This document shows positions 42,798 to 52,719 of a stretch of DNA of 64,000 nucleotides, in pieces. A program made the position numbers and the translations under genes. The notes beneath the pieces were generated by a model, which worked only from the letters and a program-made list of their open reading frames with translations, searched no databases and had not been told where the DNA came from. Numbering within the stretch: the first letter of the stretch is position 1; each line of letters opens with the position of its first letter. Source of the DNA: Candidatus Marinacidobacterales bacterium. Lineage in GTDB: Bacteria; Acidobacteriota; Vicinamibacteria; Marinacidobacterales; SMYC01. Location: assembly GCA_965250115.1 (NCBI GenBank), contig CBDFNJ010000001.1, positions 747,334 through 811,333 of the forward strand. Reading direction: 5' to 3'.

Positions 42798-43847
42798 TTA
42801 ACGCGAACCTATTCGCACGTTCGACCAGATCGCTTCTTCGAGCGTTTCCTCACGCTGGCAGTTGCCGAGCTCGATCCAGTGCGTCTTCGGATGATAGGGG
42901 GCGTCGTAGTTCCGGGTCAGAATCTCGAACCCGTCCAGAAAGACCTTCACATGCTGAGAGCTGATGCCAGCAAAGTCGCCCCACTCGATGCGCCAGCTGT
43001 AAACGATATCCGCCTCGAAGTCGTAGAAGCTGAGCCCGGTATTGGCCTCTTGACCTCGAGAGATCCATCGAAGCCGCACGTCGTCGAAGGCCGCCGTACT
43101 CTCGTCGAGCTTCTGGAGATGCATTCGAAACGGATTGGTCGTGTACTCTCCCTTGGTGGGATCCCACATCGAGATGAGCATGCGTTTGCCCGAAAAGAAG
43201 TTCGGAGAGCGCACGTTCGTCGTTTGAAACTCGATCACACCGTTATCGAGCGTGGGGACTTGATAACGTACGCAATCGGCATTGCTCTTCGCCTTCCAAC
43301 CTCCGGATATGAACTCACCGCCCTTGACGATCCCGATGGAGCCACCGCTGACCAGAGGATCGAAGACGACGAGATCACCGGTCGGGCGGTCCGCGATGAA
43401 AGCTTCGCGAACCCGGAACTCGGAAACGTCGGAATAGGGGCCACTACCGCTGCTCGTGGAAGCGCGCACCCGCCAGAAGTACTTCGTGTCCGCGGCGAGC
43501 GACTCGGTTACGACCCACTTCGTCACGCCGCCGAGTCCTTCCGGTACGCCGGTCTCATTGACGGCCATCTGCTGAAAAGCGGAGTCCAGAGCAAGCTCGT
43601 AAGTATAAGTTCTCGTTCCAGAGCCGCCGGAGGCATTTCCTATCTGGAGCTCGGGTTGCAAGTCTTTGACCGCCTCGCCCGCTTCCGGTGCCTGGAGTGT
43701 CGGCGCCGTCAGGGAGGAATCGGTCGAAGGCTGGGTGCCTCCGCCGCCAGGCGGGGTAGGATTGCTGGGGGAACCGCCGTCGCCGCAGGCGGCAGCGAGC
43801 GCCACCGCGAAGGAGAGCGCAATCGATAACGCGACACCACGATTCAT
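42798..43847 (-). CDS. Lipoprotein with FN3-like and beta-sandwich domains
   Basis: Lipobox LAAA-C, G/P/S linker, KYFWRVRA..SGPYS. Confidence 0.75.
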   Translation of the reverse strand: MNRGVALSIALSFAVALAAACGDGGSPSNPTPPGGGGTQPSTDSSLTAPTLQAPEAGEAVKDLQPELQIGNASGGSGTRTYTYELALDSAFQQMAVNETGVPEGLGGVTKWVVTESLAADTKYFWRVRASTSSGSGPYSDVSEFRVREAFIADRPTGDLVVFDPLVSGGSIGIVKGGEFISGGWKAKSNADCVRYQVPTLDNGVIEFQTTNVRSPNFFSGKRMLISMWDPTKGEYTTNPFRMHLQKLDESTAAFDDVRLRWISRGQEANTGLSFYDFEADIVYSWRIEWGDFAGISSQHVKVFLDGFEILTRNYDAPYHPKTHWIELGNCQREETLEEAIWSNVRIGSR

Positions 43848-44058
43848 GTTGAGGTTATCCTTTCCGATGCTACGCGGACCGCTTCGAGAACCGTCACCCC
43901 CTGCGGGCGAGGTCGAGCGTTGGACGTGGCGATGTTGATCTCATTGGCGCCGTCATGAAGGGCCGTACCCTCGACTCTAGAGTCGGCCGGCGCCTCAAGA
44001 AGAAGATGCTAGCACAATCAGGCGGTCCCCGGCCACACCTGGGGTAGGATCGGAGCGA

Positions 44059-44886
44059 GTGACGAAGACCATTCTCTACCACGGGCACTGCGCTGACGGG
44101 TTCGGTGCGGCCTGGGCCGCGTGGCGCAAGCTGGGAGACGATGCTTCCTATGTCCCCGTCCTACACGGGGCCCCTCCACCGGAGCTTCCCCGGGAGACCG
44201 CAGTTACGATTCTGGACTTTTCCTACTCGCGTGTAGAAATGCTTTCGATGCGCGAACGCCAGAAAGAGCTGAGGGTCATCGACCACCATCGAACCGCGGA
44301 GGTCGCGCTCTCGGGGCTCGATTTTGCGACATTCGACAACTCGAAGAGTGGCGCCGTCCTCGCGTGGGAGCACTTTCATCCGGGAGTCGATGTTCCCGAA
44401 CTGCTCCGCTACGTCATGGACCGCGATCTCTGGCTCCATGAGCTCCAGCACAGCCGGGAAGTTTCGGCGGCGCTAGCTTCCTATCCGATGGATTTCAAGG
44501 TGTGGAACGAGCTCGACGTCGCGGCGCTAGCGAAGGAAGGGGTACCCATTCTCCGCTACCAGCGTGAGCAAGTGCGGCTCGCTTGCCAGCAGGCTCGTTT
44601 CGACGACCTTGCCGGGCACCAGGTGCCCGTCGTCAATGCGACCGTCTTCGGCTCCGAGATCGGGGAGGCGCTACTCTCCCTCCATTCCGAGGCTCCTTTC
44701 GTCGTCATCTACTTCGACCGAGCGGACGGAAAACGCCAGTGGTCGCTTCGGTCGCGTGAGGATTTCGACGTGTCGAGAATCGCGCGTCTCTTCCACAACG
44801 GCGGACACCGACAGGCCGCGGGCTTCGAGACCGAGCTCCCGCAGAGCTTCCTGCCGAAGCCCAAACGAAGCGCCGATTCGACGTGA
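44059..44886 (+). CDS. DHH/DHHA1 phosphoesterase
   Basis: YHGHCADG, ILDFS, IDHH, DRDLW, SLRS, GGHRQAAG. Confidence 0.9.
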   Translation: MTKTILYHGHCADGFGAAWAAWRKLGDDASYVPVLHGAPPPELPRETAVTILDFSYSRVEMLSMRERQKELRVIDHHRTAEVALSGLDFATFDNSKSGAVLAWEHFHPGVDVPELLRYVMDRDLWLHELQHSREVSAALASYPMDFKVWNELDVAALAKEGVPILRYQREQVRLACQQARFDDLAGHQVPVVNATVFGSEIGEALLSLHSEAPFVVIYFDRADGKRQWSLRSREDFDVSRIARLFHNGGHRQAAGFETELPQSFLPKPKRSADST

Positions 44887-44934
44887 GCTGCAGTCGGGCT
44901 CCGTCGAGAACGAGCTCCGAATCCTAAGCTGACC

Positions 44935-46527
44935 TCAGAAGAACAGCCGCTTCTTCTTGGGCTTGTCGCGATCCCTCGACTTGAAGTCCTTGAGGGCGTC
45001 GATTGGGCGACGGTCGGGTTTCATGAGCTTGATCGCGCTCTGCAAGACCGGCTCGGCGGCATCGAAATCCCCCTCTTCGCCGTAGAGCATGCCGAGGTAA
45101 TAGAGGGCGAGCCCGCACTCCGGATCGATTCGAACCGTTTCCTGAAGCTCCTGCAAAGCGGCGGCCCCTTCGAGCTGCGGGTCCTTTCGATAACGGCAAT
45201 AGGCGAGCTCGGCACGATAGATGGCATTCTGAGGCTCGCAGTCGTGAGCGAACTGGAGCTGCTCGATCGCGTCGGCGAACTTGCCCGCCTCGACGAGCAA
45301 CATACCCTTCTTGAACTGCTCGTCCGCATCGAGGAGATTCGATTTGATCGCGAAAGCTTCCCGGGCTTCCTCGCTGCTGAGCTGGCGAAACTTGCTGTTG
45401 CGTCGGGCCACAAGCGAGTTTTTCGTTTCGGGATTGGACAGCTCACCGAAAGCATGACCGGCTGCGATGAAGAGATCACGCGCCTTCTCCTTCATGTTCT
45501 GGAGCTCGGGATGCTCGAATTTCCACGGCGCGAACTTCTCGCAGAACTCGAGGAAGCCGCTCTCGATGACCTCCCGGGTCGTCTCGACCGGAATGCCCAA
45601 GAGATCGAAGGCGTCGAGCTTTCGATAACGGAGGTAGAGCTCCATGACCTCGTTTCGACGCTGATCGGCGTTCGGAAGGAGCGGGGTTGCGGCTTCCGTC
45701 GCGGCGGGAACCGCTGCCGCTTCTTCGGGAGCGGAAGCAAAGTCCATATCGGGAACCGCCTCTTCCAGCCCCCCTTGAAGCCAGCCCTCCGGCACCGCGA
45801 CGCCAATCACGGCGAGAGAATAGAGGAAGCGGAGGACGCGATCGCGCGGCATTCCAGACTCCGCTTCGAGCTCATCGAGCGTCTTGCCCACCGACACCAG
45901 ACCGACGATCTCCTGATGGCCGCGTGACAGCCGCAGGTCTTTTAGAGGAAAGGGCGGGCGCGGATTGATGAAGAATTTCTCGTTCTGGATCGAATCCATG
46001 GCGGTCGCGATCTCGGACTCCGTGGCCAGCTTCGAGATCCAGGTCAGCACGAGCTGAGGCGCGTTGACCTTCAGCGGTGAGTCCACCGGTGGCAACCGGG
46101 TGGATACGGTGAAGCTCCCGCTCCTCCACGTGAAACCGTCGAGGAGCTTTTTCGCCAGATTCTGCTGCAGAATCTTGTAGAGGTCGCTGGCACTGACCAG
46201 TCCCTCCGCGACGAGGATCTCGGAAAAGGGTTGGCCGGTGGTGGCGCTCTTCGAGAGGATCTGGAGGTTGGCCTCCTCGGTAATGTCCCCGCGGCCGACC
46301 ATGAACTTGCCCAGCGTGTCCTGCAGCAGGTTCGACTGGCAATCGACGGGCGTGCCGTTCTCCAGGATGATCTCCTTCGTGACCTGCCTGCGATCGATCG
46401 AAAGCACCACCGAGCGATGGTGAACGGCAAGCGCGTGGAGCAGGACGGGAAAAGGGATCTCGGAGAGGTCTCCCTTCGTCATTTGGGAGATCGCGCGAAC
46501 CTGTTCTTCGTTAGGGACCACTAACAA
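44935..46527 (-). CDS. DUF4388-like + degenerate J-like + TPR protein
   Basis: KGDLSEIPFPVLL, FTWRSGSF, DAFDLLGI..(no HPD), C-terminal TPRs. Confidence 0.7.
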   Translation of the reverse strand: MLVVPNEEQVRAISQMTKGDLSEIPFPVLLHALAVHHRSVVLSIDRRQVTKEIILENGTPVDCQSNLLQDTLGKFMVGRGDITEEANLQILSKSATTGQPFSEILVAEGLVSASDLYKILQQNLAKKLLDGFTWRSGSFTVSTRLPPVDSPLKVNAPQLVLTWISKLATESEIATAMDSIQNEKFFINPRPPFPLKDLRLSRGHQEIVGLVSVGKTLDELEAESGMPRDRVLRFLYSLAVIGVAVPEGWLQGGLEEAVPDMDFASAPEEAAAVPAATEAATPLLPNADQRRNEVMELYLRYRKLDAFDLLGIPVETTREVIESGFLEFCEKFAPWKFEHPELQNMKEKARDLFIAAGHAFGELSNPETKNSLVARRNSKFRQLSSEEAREAFAIKSNLLDADEQFKKGMLLVEAGKFADAIEQLQFAHDCEPQNAIYRAELAYCRYRKDPQLEGAAALQELQETVRIDPECGLALYYLGMLYGEEGDFDAAEPVLQSAIKLMKPDRRPIDALKDFKSRDRDKPKKKRLFF

Positions 46528-46649
46528 AAAGTCTAACCAACTATGAGCGATTGTTGAAGCGCCGTCCGGCGAAATCTTTCTGGAGAGTGCTAGAGGCCCA
46601 ACGGCGATGGCTGCGCCCGTTTACTAGGAGCGGATCGAGCGAGAGTCTC

Positions 46650-47387
46650 CTAGATCAAGCTGCCTCTCGTGTCCGCTACGAGGCCGAGCCGTTGGCAGCC
46701 GACCACGTACTTCGACGAGCGGGTCGGTTGGAGGCGCAGCGGGTACAAGAGCTCGTCGACGTCGACCTCCGCCGCGGGCTTCGTCTTGACCTCGAGCACG
46801 ACCAATCGCGGCAGGTCGATGCCGAAGCGCCGGCTGAACCGCTCTTTGCCCAACTGCGAAAACCATTGGAGCTCCGAGTCCACCGTTACCCTCACACTGC
46901 GGTCGATCCATTCGAAATACTCGTGCCGGTACTCTCCTAGTAGCACGGGTCGCGATTGAATCTTCAGAAGCTCCCGATGAGGGACGGACAGTTCTGGCGA
47001 CAGCCGCTGCACCAGATCTCGGTAGCGAATGTCCTTCCACGACGCGCGGGATTCGATGGCAGCTCTCTCCTTGAGCACGATGTCGAAGGAGCGTCGTTTG
47101 ACTTCGAAGAACAAGCGCCGATCGCGCTCGTCGTACCACCTCAGACGGACCTTACGACGGTGGCCCGCGCCTTCGACGCTGTCGAAATAGCCTCTGAGCC
47201 GTTCGTCATCGAAATAGATGCTTCTGACTACGGAGCATCGTTGGTGGTGCGAGACGTGTCGGGCGTTCGTTCGCAGCACCGCACGAATCCTCCCGAGGTC
47301 TGTCTCGGGGAGAGCGAATTTCAGCTCGTGCCGCGCGCTTGCCTCTTGGTGCCCGGTATCGTCGGCGGCGCGAAACACGACGCTCAC
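46650..47387 (-). CDS. VTC/polyphosphate polymerase (CYTH-like) domain protein
   Basis: RHELKF, VRSIYFD, KVRLRWY, FEVKR, RVTVD, VLEVK, SKY. Confidence 0.85.
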   Translation of the reverse strand: MSVVFRAADDTGHQEASARHELKFALPETDLGRIRAVLRTNARHVSHHQRCSVVRSIYFDDERLRGYFDSVEGAGHRRKVRLRWYDERDRRLFFEVKRRSFDIVLKERAAIESRASWKDIRYRDLVQRLSPELSVPHRELLKIQSRPVLLGEYRHEYFEWIDRSVRVTVDSELQWFSQLGKERFSRRFGIDLPRLVVLEVKTKPAAEVDVDELLYPLRLQPTRSSKYVVGCQRLGLVADTRGSLI

Positions 47388-47895
47388 GATTCACCTGACG
47401 ATTCGAGTGAGATGCGGAACCCGGGCAGCCGCGTGCGCATTTTCGAGACCACGGATGACGGATCGGTAGCATCATCGAGCTCGAACCGCGCGCGGATAAG
47501 GATCTCATCCTTGGAGATATCGATACTCTGAAATGTTGCCGCCCCGACCATTCCCTGGATTCGCTCCATGCCGGTCTCGGGAGACAACGCTCCCCTTGGG
47601 CCCGAGGCGATGACGATGAAGGGCCGCCGCGCCGAGGACGTCTTCATGCGCCACATCACAGAGACGGTGAGAAACGCGAGAATGTCGACGAGAGCCTCGG
47701 AAAAACTTTCGCGTATCTCGCGCTCCAAGTCGGGCGCGACCTCCTCGCGGAGGCGGCGAATGCGCGCCACGAGCTCGGACGGCTCGAGCGCCCCGGAGAG
47801 ATGCTTCTCGAGGCCAACGATGAACAGTTCCTGGTACCGCCGATTCGCCATTAGGCCGGCGAAGAGATCGCTCAACGCTTCTCCGCGGACGAGCT
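47384..47895 (-). pseudogene. 3' remnant of a gene truncated by IS5
   Basis: The frame ends with GTGA overlap on the VTC gene; its 5' part is replaced by IS sequence at 47896. Confidence 0.65.
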
Positions 47896-48980
47896 GCCTT
47901 GGTGCACAACTCGCGATCTCGGTCCACAATTGTCCTGTACTCACGGATTCGAGGTTCCCCATGAGCATTTTCAAACGCACTCAGCGGAAGTATGTGAAGA
48001 AGGCCTATCGCGTGAGGAATTGGCGTGAATATGAGGCGGGTCTACGCAACCGTGGGAGCCTGACCGTCTGGATCTCGCTCACCGCCGGCAAGCTTGTGAA
48101 CTGGGACGCGCCCCGGCCGAGGAGGAGGAAACCGGGCCGTCAACGCAAGTACTCGAACCACGCCATCGAGACGGCTGTCACCCTGGGCATGGTGTTTCAT
48201 CTGTCATCTAGGCAGAGCGAGGGATTGCTGCGATCGTTGTTCGCTCTGATGAAGCTAGGCAATGATGTGCCCGATCACACCACGATTTCGAGGCGCAAGG
48301 CGAAGCTGGGTAAGGTCCCCTTCTACCAAGACAAGCAGAAGACGCCGTTGCACATCTTGATCGACAGCAGCGGTCTCGCTGTCCACGCCGGCCAGCTGCG
48401 CAGAGCACCAAAGAGCAGGGACTATCGCAAGCTCCATCTGTGTGTCGACGAGCAGAGTGGCGAAGTCGTCGCCGGCGAGCTGACGAGCAAAAGAGCCCGC
48501 GATTCATCGCGGGTTGCATCGCTTGTCGCACAGATCGACAGTCCCATCTCATCGGCCAGAGCTGACACCGCATACGACGCCAGCGGCGTCTATGAGGCGA
48601 TCGAGAATCACAGCGCTCATCGCTCGCCGAGGGTGCTGATACCGCCGCGCAAGGGCGCCCAGCTCGCATCGGGGCCGGCGAGCAGCCGACAGCGCAATCG
48701 CAACATTGCAGCACAAGCTCGGCTCGGCAAACGAAAGTGGCACACAGAATCGGGCTACAGCAACCGGAGCAAAGTCGAGACAACGTTCCATCGCTACAAG
48801 GCTATCGTGGGCTCAGCGATGCGAGCGAGAGGGTTGGCGGCACAGAGAGTCGAGGCAAGGATCGGGTGCAAGATTCTGAACACCATGACGGCGCTCGGGA
48901 TGCCTGATAGCGAGATGATCGGATGATGGGAGTCGGGGCCAAGCGAGCTATCGGCCTCTATCGGAGTTGTGCACCAAGGC
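47896..48980 (+). mobile_element. IS5-family element (IS903-like), complete
   Basis: Perfect TIRs GCCTTGGTGCACAACTC (47896) / GAGTTGTGCACCAAGGC (48964-48980). Confidence 0.92.
47961..48926 (+). CDS. IS5-family transposase
   Basis: YRVRNWREYEAGLRNRGSLTVW, PDHTTISRR, IDSSG, RKLH, ADTAYD, YSNRSKVET. Confidence 0.93.
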   Translation: MSIFKRTQRKYVKKAYRVRNWREYEAGLRNRGSLTVWISLTAGKLVNWDAPRPRRRKPGRQRKYSNHAIETAVTLGMVFHLSSRQSEGLLRSLFALMKLGNDVPDHTTISRRKAKLGKVPFYQDKQKTPLHILIDSSGLAVHAGQLRRAPKSRDYRKLHLCVDEQSGEVVAGELTSKRARDSSRVASLVAQIDSPISSARADTAYDASGVYEAIENHSAHRSPRVLIPPRKGAQLASGPASSRQRNRNIAAQARLGKRKWHTESGYSNRSKVETTFHRYKAIVGSAMRARGLAAQRVEARIGCKILNTMTALGMPDSEMIG

Positions 48981-49179
48981 AGCTTGCCGGCGGTGAGCGA
49001 GATCCAGACGGTCAGGCTCCCACGGTTGCGTAGACCCGCCTCATATTCACGCCAATTCCTCACGCGATAGGCCTTCTTCACATACTTCCGCTGAGTGCGT
49101 TTGAAAATGCTCATGGGGAACCTCGAATCCGTGAGTACAGGACAATTGTGGACCGAGATCGCGAGTTGTGCACCAAGGC
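48981..49179 (-). mobile_element. Inverted truncated copy of the IS5 left end
   Basis: Reverse complement of 47896-48094, abutting the right TIR directly. Confidence 0.92.
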
Positions 49180-49189
49180 AGGAGCGGGC

Positions 49190-50074
49190 TCAGCCCTCGG
49201 CGGGCAGACGAAGACCGAACTCGACCGCGATCTCCCGTAGCTTCGCCTGGATCCGCTGGACGTTGTCCGGTCCCATGCGAAGAAGCTGTCTCTGAACGGG
49301 CGGGAGGTCTTCGATCCACTGCTCGGAGTAAGTGTAGTTGACGCTTACTGTCTCGACGGCCATATCACCCCGAACAATGGGTGTTTTCAGAACGACCGCG
49401 AAGGCCATGGTCAGAACGTCCTCGAATGGCCGCTCGCCGTAGCCGAGTTCCTGATACGCCTCGTCGATCAGGGGTCTCACATTGCGGTACGTTTCGACGA
49501 GGCCAGCGGAATCGAGGGAAACGAGGAGGTCGACGTACGTGTTATATCGATGGTAGCTCTCCGCGTCGATGACGAGTCGGCCCGAGTGGGAGGCGACCTC
49601 GAACCGCTCCTCCGGTCGTAGATGCGGGAACAAACGAGCCGGGCTGAGCCCTTCCGCAACGTTGGCCACGACGACCACCGCTTTGCGAACGAGCTGCTCG
49701 GTCACCACAAACGACGCCAGCACGGGATGTGCGGAGAGCTTCTCGACCATCGCGCGGACGAAGTCATCGCTGGTGGACAGCGGTGGCAAAACGATCGGCG
49801 CCGCCTCGGGTAGAGCTCCCGTCTCGCCGGACGGTGGCGCAGCCGGCTCTGCCACGGTGCTCGTCGGCGCCTCGAGTGCGTCGGGAGCCTCGTCGATACC
49901 TCCGCCAGTAAGGAGAAAGTACAGGACGATTCCCACGACAAAAGCAATCCCGACGACTCCGGCAGGGACGAGGAGCCAATGCCGGAGGGACTCGCCATCG
50001 TCCGTCAGGACGGGTTCGGAAACCGCACTTTCTTCCGGCTGCTCGATGTTCCGGTCTTCCGAATCGGACGGCAT
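49190..50074 (-). CDS. DUF3014-like membrane-anchored protein
   Basis: TM, Pro/Ala linker, LPPLSTSDDFVR, SYHRYN, PLIDEAYQELGY, QRQLLRMGPDN. Confidence 0.82.
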   Translation of the reverse strand: MPSDSEDRNIEQPEESAVSEPVLTDDGESLRHWLLVPAGVVGIAFVVGIVLYFLLTGGGIDEAPDALEAPTSTVAEPAAPPSGETGALPEAAPIVLPPLSTSDDFVRAMVEKLSAHPVLASFVVTEQLVRKAVVVVANVAEGLSPARLFPHLRPEERFEVASHSGRLVIDAESYHRYNTYVDLLVSLDSAGLVETYRNVRPLIDEAYQELGYGERPFEDVLTMAFAVVLKTPIVRGDMAVETVSVNYTYSEQWIEDLPPVQRQLLRMGPDNVQRIQAKLREIAVEFGLRLPAEG

Positions 50075-50094
50075 TTATTAGTTCCTCTCGCGCT

Positions 50095-50190
50095 TGAGAG
50101 CGAACGTGGAGGAGCAGCCCCAGAGGTCTGCTCCCAGACCCGCCGCAGGCTGGCGAGGTCCAAACCGTCCAGAACGACATTCCTGGCCAA
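50095..50190 (-). pseudogene. DUF2924-like fragment
   Basis: LDGLDLASLRRVWEQTSGAAPPRSLS resembles the DUF2924 N-terminus (recalled resemblance only). Confidence 0.4.
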
Positions 50191-50409
50191 CCCCTGTATC
50201 CTTCAGCATCACCCGACGTTCGCTCTTTTGCGCCGCAAAGTCCAGTCTAATGGGGTGTCTGGCATCGGGGGCGTTTTCTTTTGCCCGTCGATACGCGTTC
50301 TTCTTTTTTGCGGATCACAATCTTCTCCAACCATTCAAAAGGGCCGAGTTTTGGCACAGGACGGGGTCGGTCAGCTAGCTTTTCGTCAACTTGACAGCAC
50401 CCTCGAGAC

Positions 50410-51639
50410 CTACCCGAGGTAGGTAATCCTCCAGATCTTCCCGCCACCGTCGTCGCTCACGAGAAGCGAACCGTCGGGCAGTTGCAGCAAGCCGACGGGA
50501 CGGCCCCAAACCTCGCGCTTCGCCGGGTCGAGCATGAAGCCGCTGAGGAAGTCTTCCGGACCCGCGGTCGGCTCGCCGTCCGCAAAGGGAATAAACGTCA
50601 CCGAGTAGCCGATGCGCTCCGAGCGATTCCACGAGCCGTGGAAGGCTAGGAACATGCCGTCGCGGTACTTCGCTGGAAACTGATCGCCCGTATAGAAGAG
50701 GATGTCGAGTACCGCAACGTGGGAGCCGAGCAGCACGTCCGGATAGAGCGTGCTCTCGACCTGCGCCTGATCGAGGTTCTCGTGTCTCGGCTCGGGGTGA
50801 GGTCCGATGTAGGCAATCGGCCAACCGTAGAATCCACCCTCGTGGATTTTCGTCACGTAGTCCGGGACGAGGTCGTCGCCGAGCCCGTCTCGCTCCTGAA
50901 CCGCCACCCATAAGTCTTCGGTCCCCGGATAATAACGGAGCCCGATGGTGTTTCGGAGGCCCGATGCGACGATCTCGTGGCCGCTGCCGTCGGGATTGTA
51001 GCGATGGAGCGCGGCGCGCATCGGATCCTCGCCGAGATCGATGTTCGATCTGGAGCCGACCGTCAGATAGAACTTCGACCCATCTCGATTAAATAAGAGA
51101 CTTCGTGTCCAGTGACCCCGACCGAAGTTCTGAAGGGGGACGATCTCATCCCCCGGCGTCTCCGCACGCATCGCGCCCGCATCGTAGCGATAGCGTTTGA
51201 GCGACGTGGACTCTCCCACGTACAACCAGCCATCGTTCAGCGCTAGCCCGTAGGGGCGCTCTAGACCCCCGATCAGCTCGGTCCGCGATCCATCCTTCAG
51301 CAGGTAGACGATCCCGGCGGGCGTGTCGCGCGAACCACTGTCCGTGAGCAGGATCTCCTGGCTCGGTCCGAGCATCATGAAACGGGGCCGGCCGAAGCCG
51401 GAGAGGTACTCTTCGACGACGAAGCCGTCTGGGAGCTTGAGTTCCGCATGGTCCGGCCTCGAGATCACATCGGGCCAGTTTTGGGCCGACTCGCTGTGAA
51501 AGGGCGCTGGCAACTCCTTCCAATTTACGGGGCGCTCGTTCGTCTGCGCCCAGCCGACGCTGCCGAACGCCAAGACCACTGTTGCCAACAAAGCCTTCAC
51601 TTGGATTCCTATGGCGGTATTATGCTTCAAAAGCTCCAT
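50410..51639 (-). CDS. PQQ-dependent glucose/sorbosone dehydrogenase family, secreted
   Basis: LKLPDGFVVE, GHWTR, SGLRN, ERDGLGDDLVPD, YGWP, FHGSWNR, GRPVGL..DGSLLVSDD. Confidence 0.9.
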   Translation of the reverse strand: MELLKHNTAIGIQVKALLATVVLAFGSVGWAQTNERPVNWKELPAPFHSESAQNWPDVISRPDHAELKLPDGFVVEEYLSGFGRPRFMMLGPSQEILLTDSGSRDTPAGIVYLLKDGSRTELIGGLERPYGLALNDGWLYVGESTSLKRYRYDAGAMRAETPGDEIVPLQNFGRGHWTRSLLFNRDGSKFYLTVGSRSNIDLGEDPMRAALHRYNPDGSGHEIVASGLRNTIGLRYYPGTEDLWVAVQERDGLGDDLVPDYVTKIHEGGFYGWPIAYIGPHPEPRHENLDQAQVESTLYPDVLLGSHVAVLDILFYTGDQFPAKYRDGMFLAFHGSWNRSERIGYSVTFIPFADGEPTAGPEDFLSGFMLDPAKREVWGRPVGLLQLPDGSLLVSDDGGGKIWRITYLG

Positions 51640-51869
51640 GCGTGTCAGGCTGGCCGGTTGGCTCTTGGTGTCGAGGGCTGACAATGGAAACGATGTGCTC
51701 GGGATGGTTGTGCTCCGCAAAAAGTAGATTTAGCGTTGATTGCTCGGGTTAGACCTGCCATGATCGGCTGCCTCGCGCCGATCGCGTCCTGTGCCAAAAC
51801 TCGGCCCTTTTGAAATAGGCCATAAATCAGCAGCTTAGTGTCTGTGTTTTCTACTGGACAGTGAGCGTG

Positions 51870-51999
51870 TTACTTCGGCCAGCAGCCGGATACGATCCAG
51901 CACCGTTTGATCCGGGTCGCCTCGACCGTGTAGACCCAGGCGAGTTCCCGGACTCCGTGGACCGTGGCGGGCACCAGCACACGGCGGTACAAGCTGGAA
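51870..51999 (-). pseudogene. Gamma-glutamylcyclotransferase-like C-terminal fragment
   Basis: Hand translation LYRRVLVPATVHGVRELAWVYTV...SGCWPK*, lying between two element ends. Confidence 0.5.
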
Positions 52000-52022
52000 C
52001 CCGTCCTGTGCCAAAACTCGGC

Positions 52023-52684
52023 TGTGCCTTCTATTTATTCATCCGCTCGCACCGAACTTGATTAGTCTCCGGTCTGCCGGCACCGTGCCGGCATGATTTC
52101 GTCGTTTGTTCGCGCTCTCGTCTCTTGTGATCCGCAAAAAATCGATCCAGCGTTGATAGCGCGAGGGTTGGCGCCGTGCGCCCATCCCGCGTGAGGTCAA
52201 AATACTCATGCGGCTTCCCGATGGTAGAAACGTAGCAACCCGCCAAGCTGTTCATGGGAGCACACCTTGCGCTCGGACTGAGGTAACTGGTCTCTGGCTG
52301 GGAACAGCAGCAGATTCTCCTTGCCTTGATAATTCCGTACTCGCGATCTCATCAAGGGCTTGCTTACCCAGACGCTTTCCGGGCTCGGCCAGAGACCGCC
52401 GTTCGCTATCGGTCAGGCGCAAGCAACCCTGGAACTGATTTCGAAGGACTCGATTCTCGGCCACAAGATACTCGTTACGCAGGAGCAAGTCCTCATCCAC
52501 GGACCCTGAGATGTAGCTCAGCATGGTCTTCCAGTCCATCGCGACTCCTTCCGCTGAACTGGAACACGTATCCGACCGCGATGGCGGATTCAAGCGGCCT
52601 TTGGAAAGGTGCAAACTACTGACCCGCTGGGCGTTCGAGTATTTTGACCAGACGGGGCGCGCGGATGAATAAATAGAAGGCACA
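52023..52684. mobile_element. Internally deleted IS/MITE with perfect 23-bp TIRs and nested remnants
   Basis: TGTGCCTTCTATTTATTCATCCG 52023-52045 / CGGATGAATAAATAGAAGGCACA 52662-52684; inner IR pair GGTCAAAATACTC 52195 / GAGTATTTTGACC 52637 around a truncated transposase N-terminus (MDWKTMLSYISG...). Confidence 0.8.
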
Positions 52685-52719
52685 ACCTCAGTCCGAGCGC
52701 AAGGTGCGCTCCCGTGAAC

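Noticed and set aside
47568-47960. N-terminal extension of the IS5 transposase
   Set aside because: Begins outside the TIR, antisense to another gene remnant
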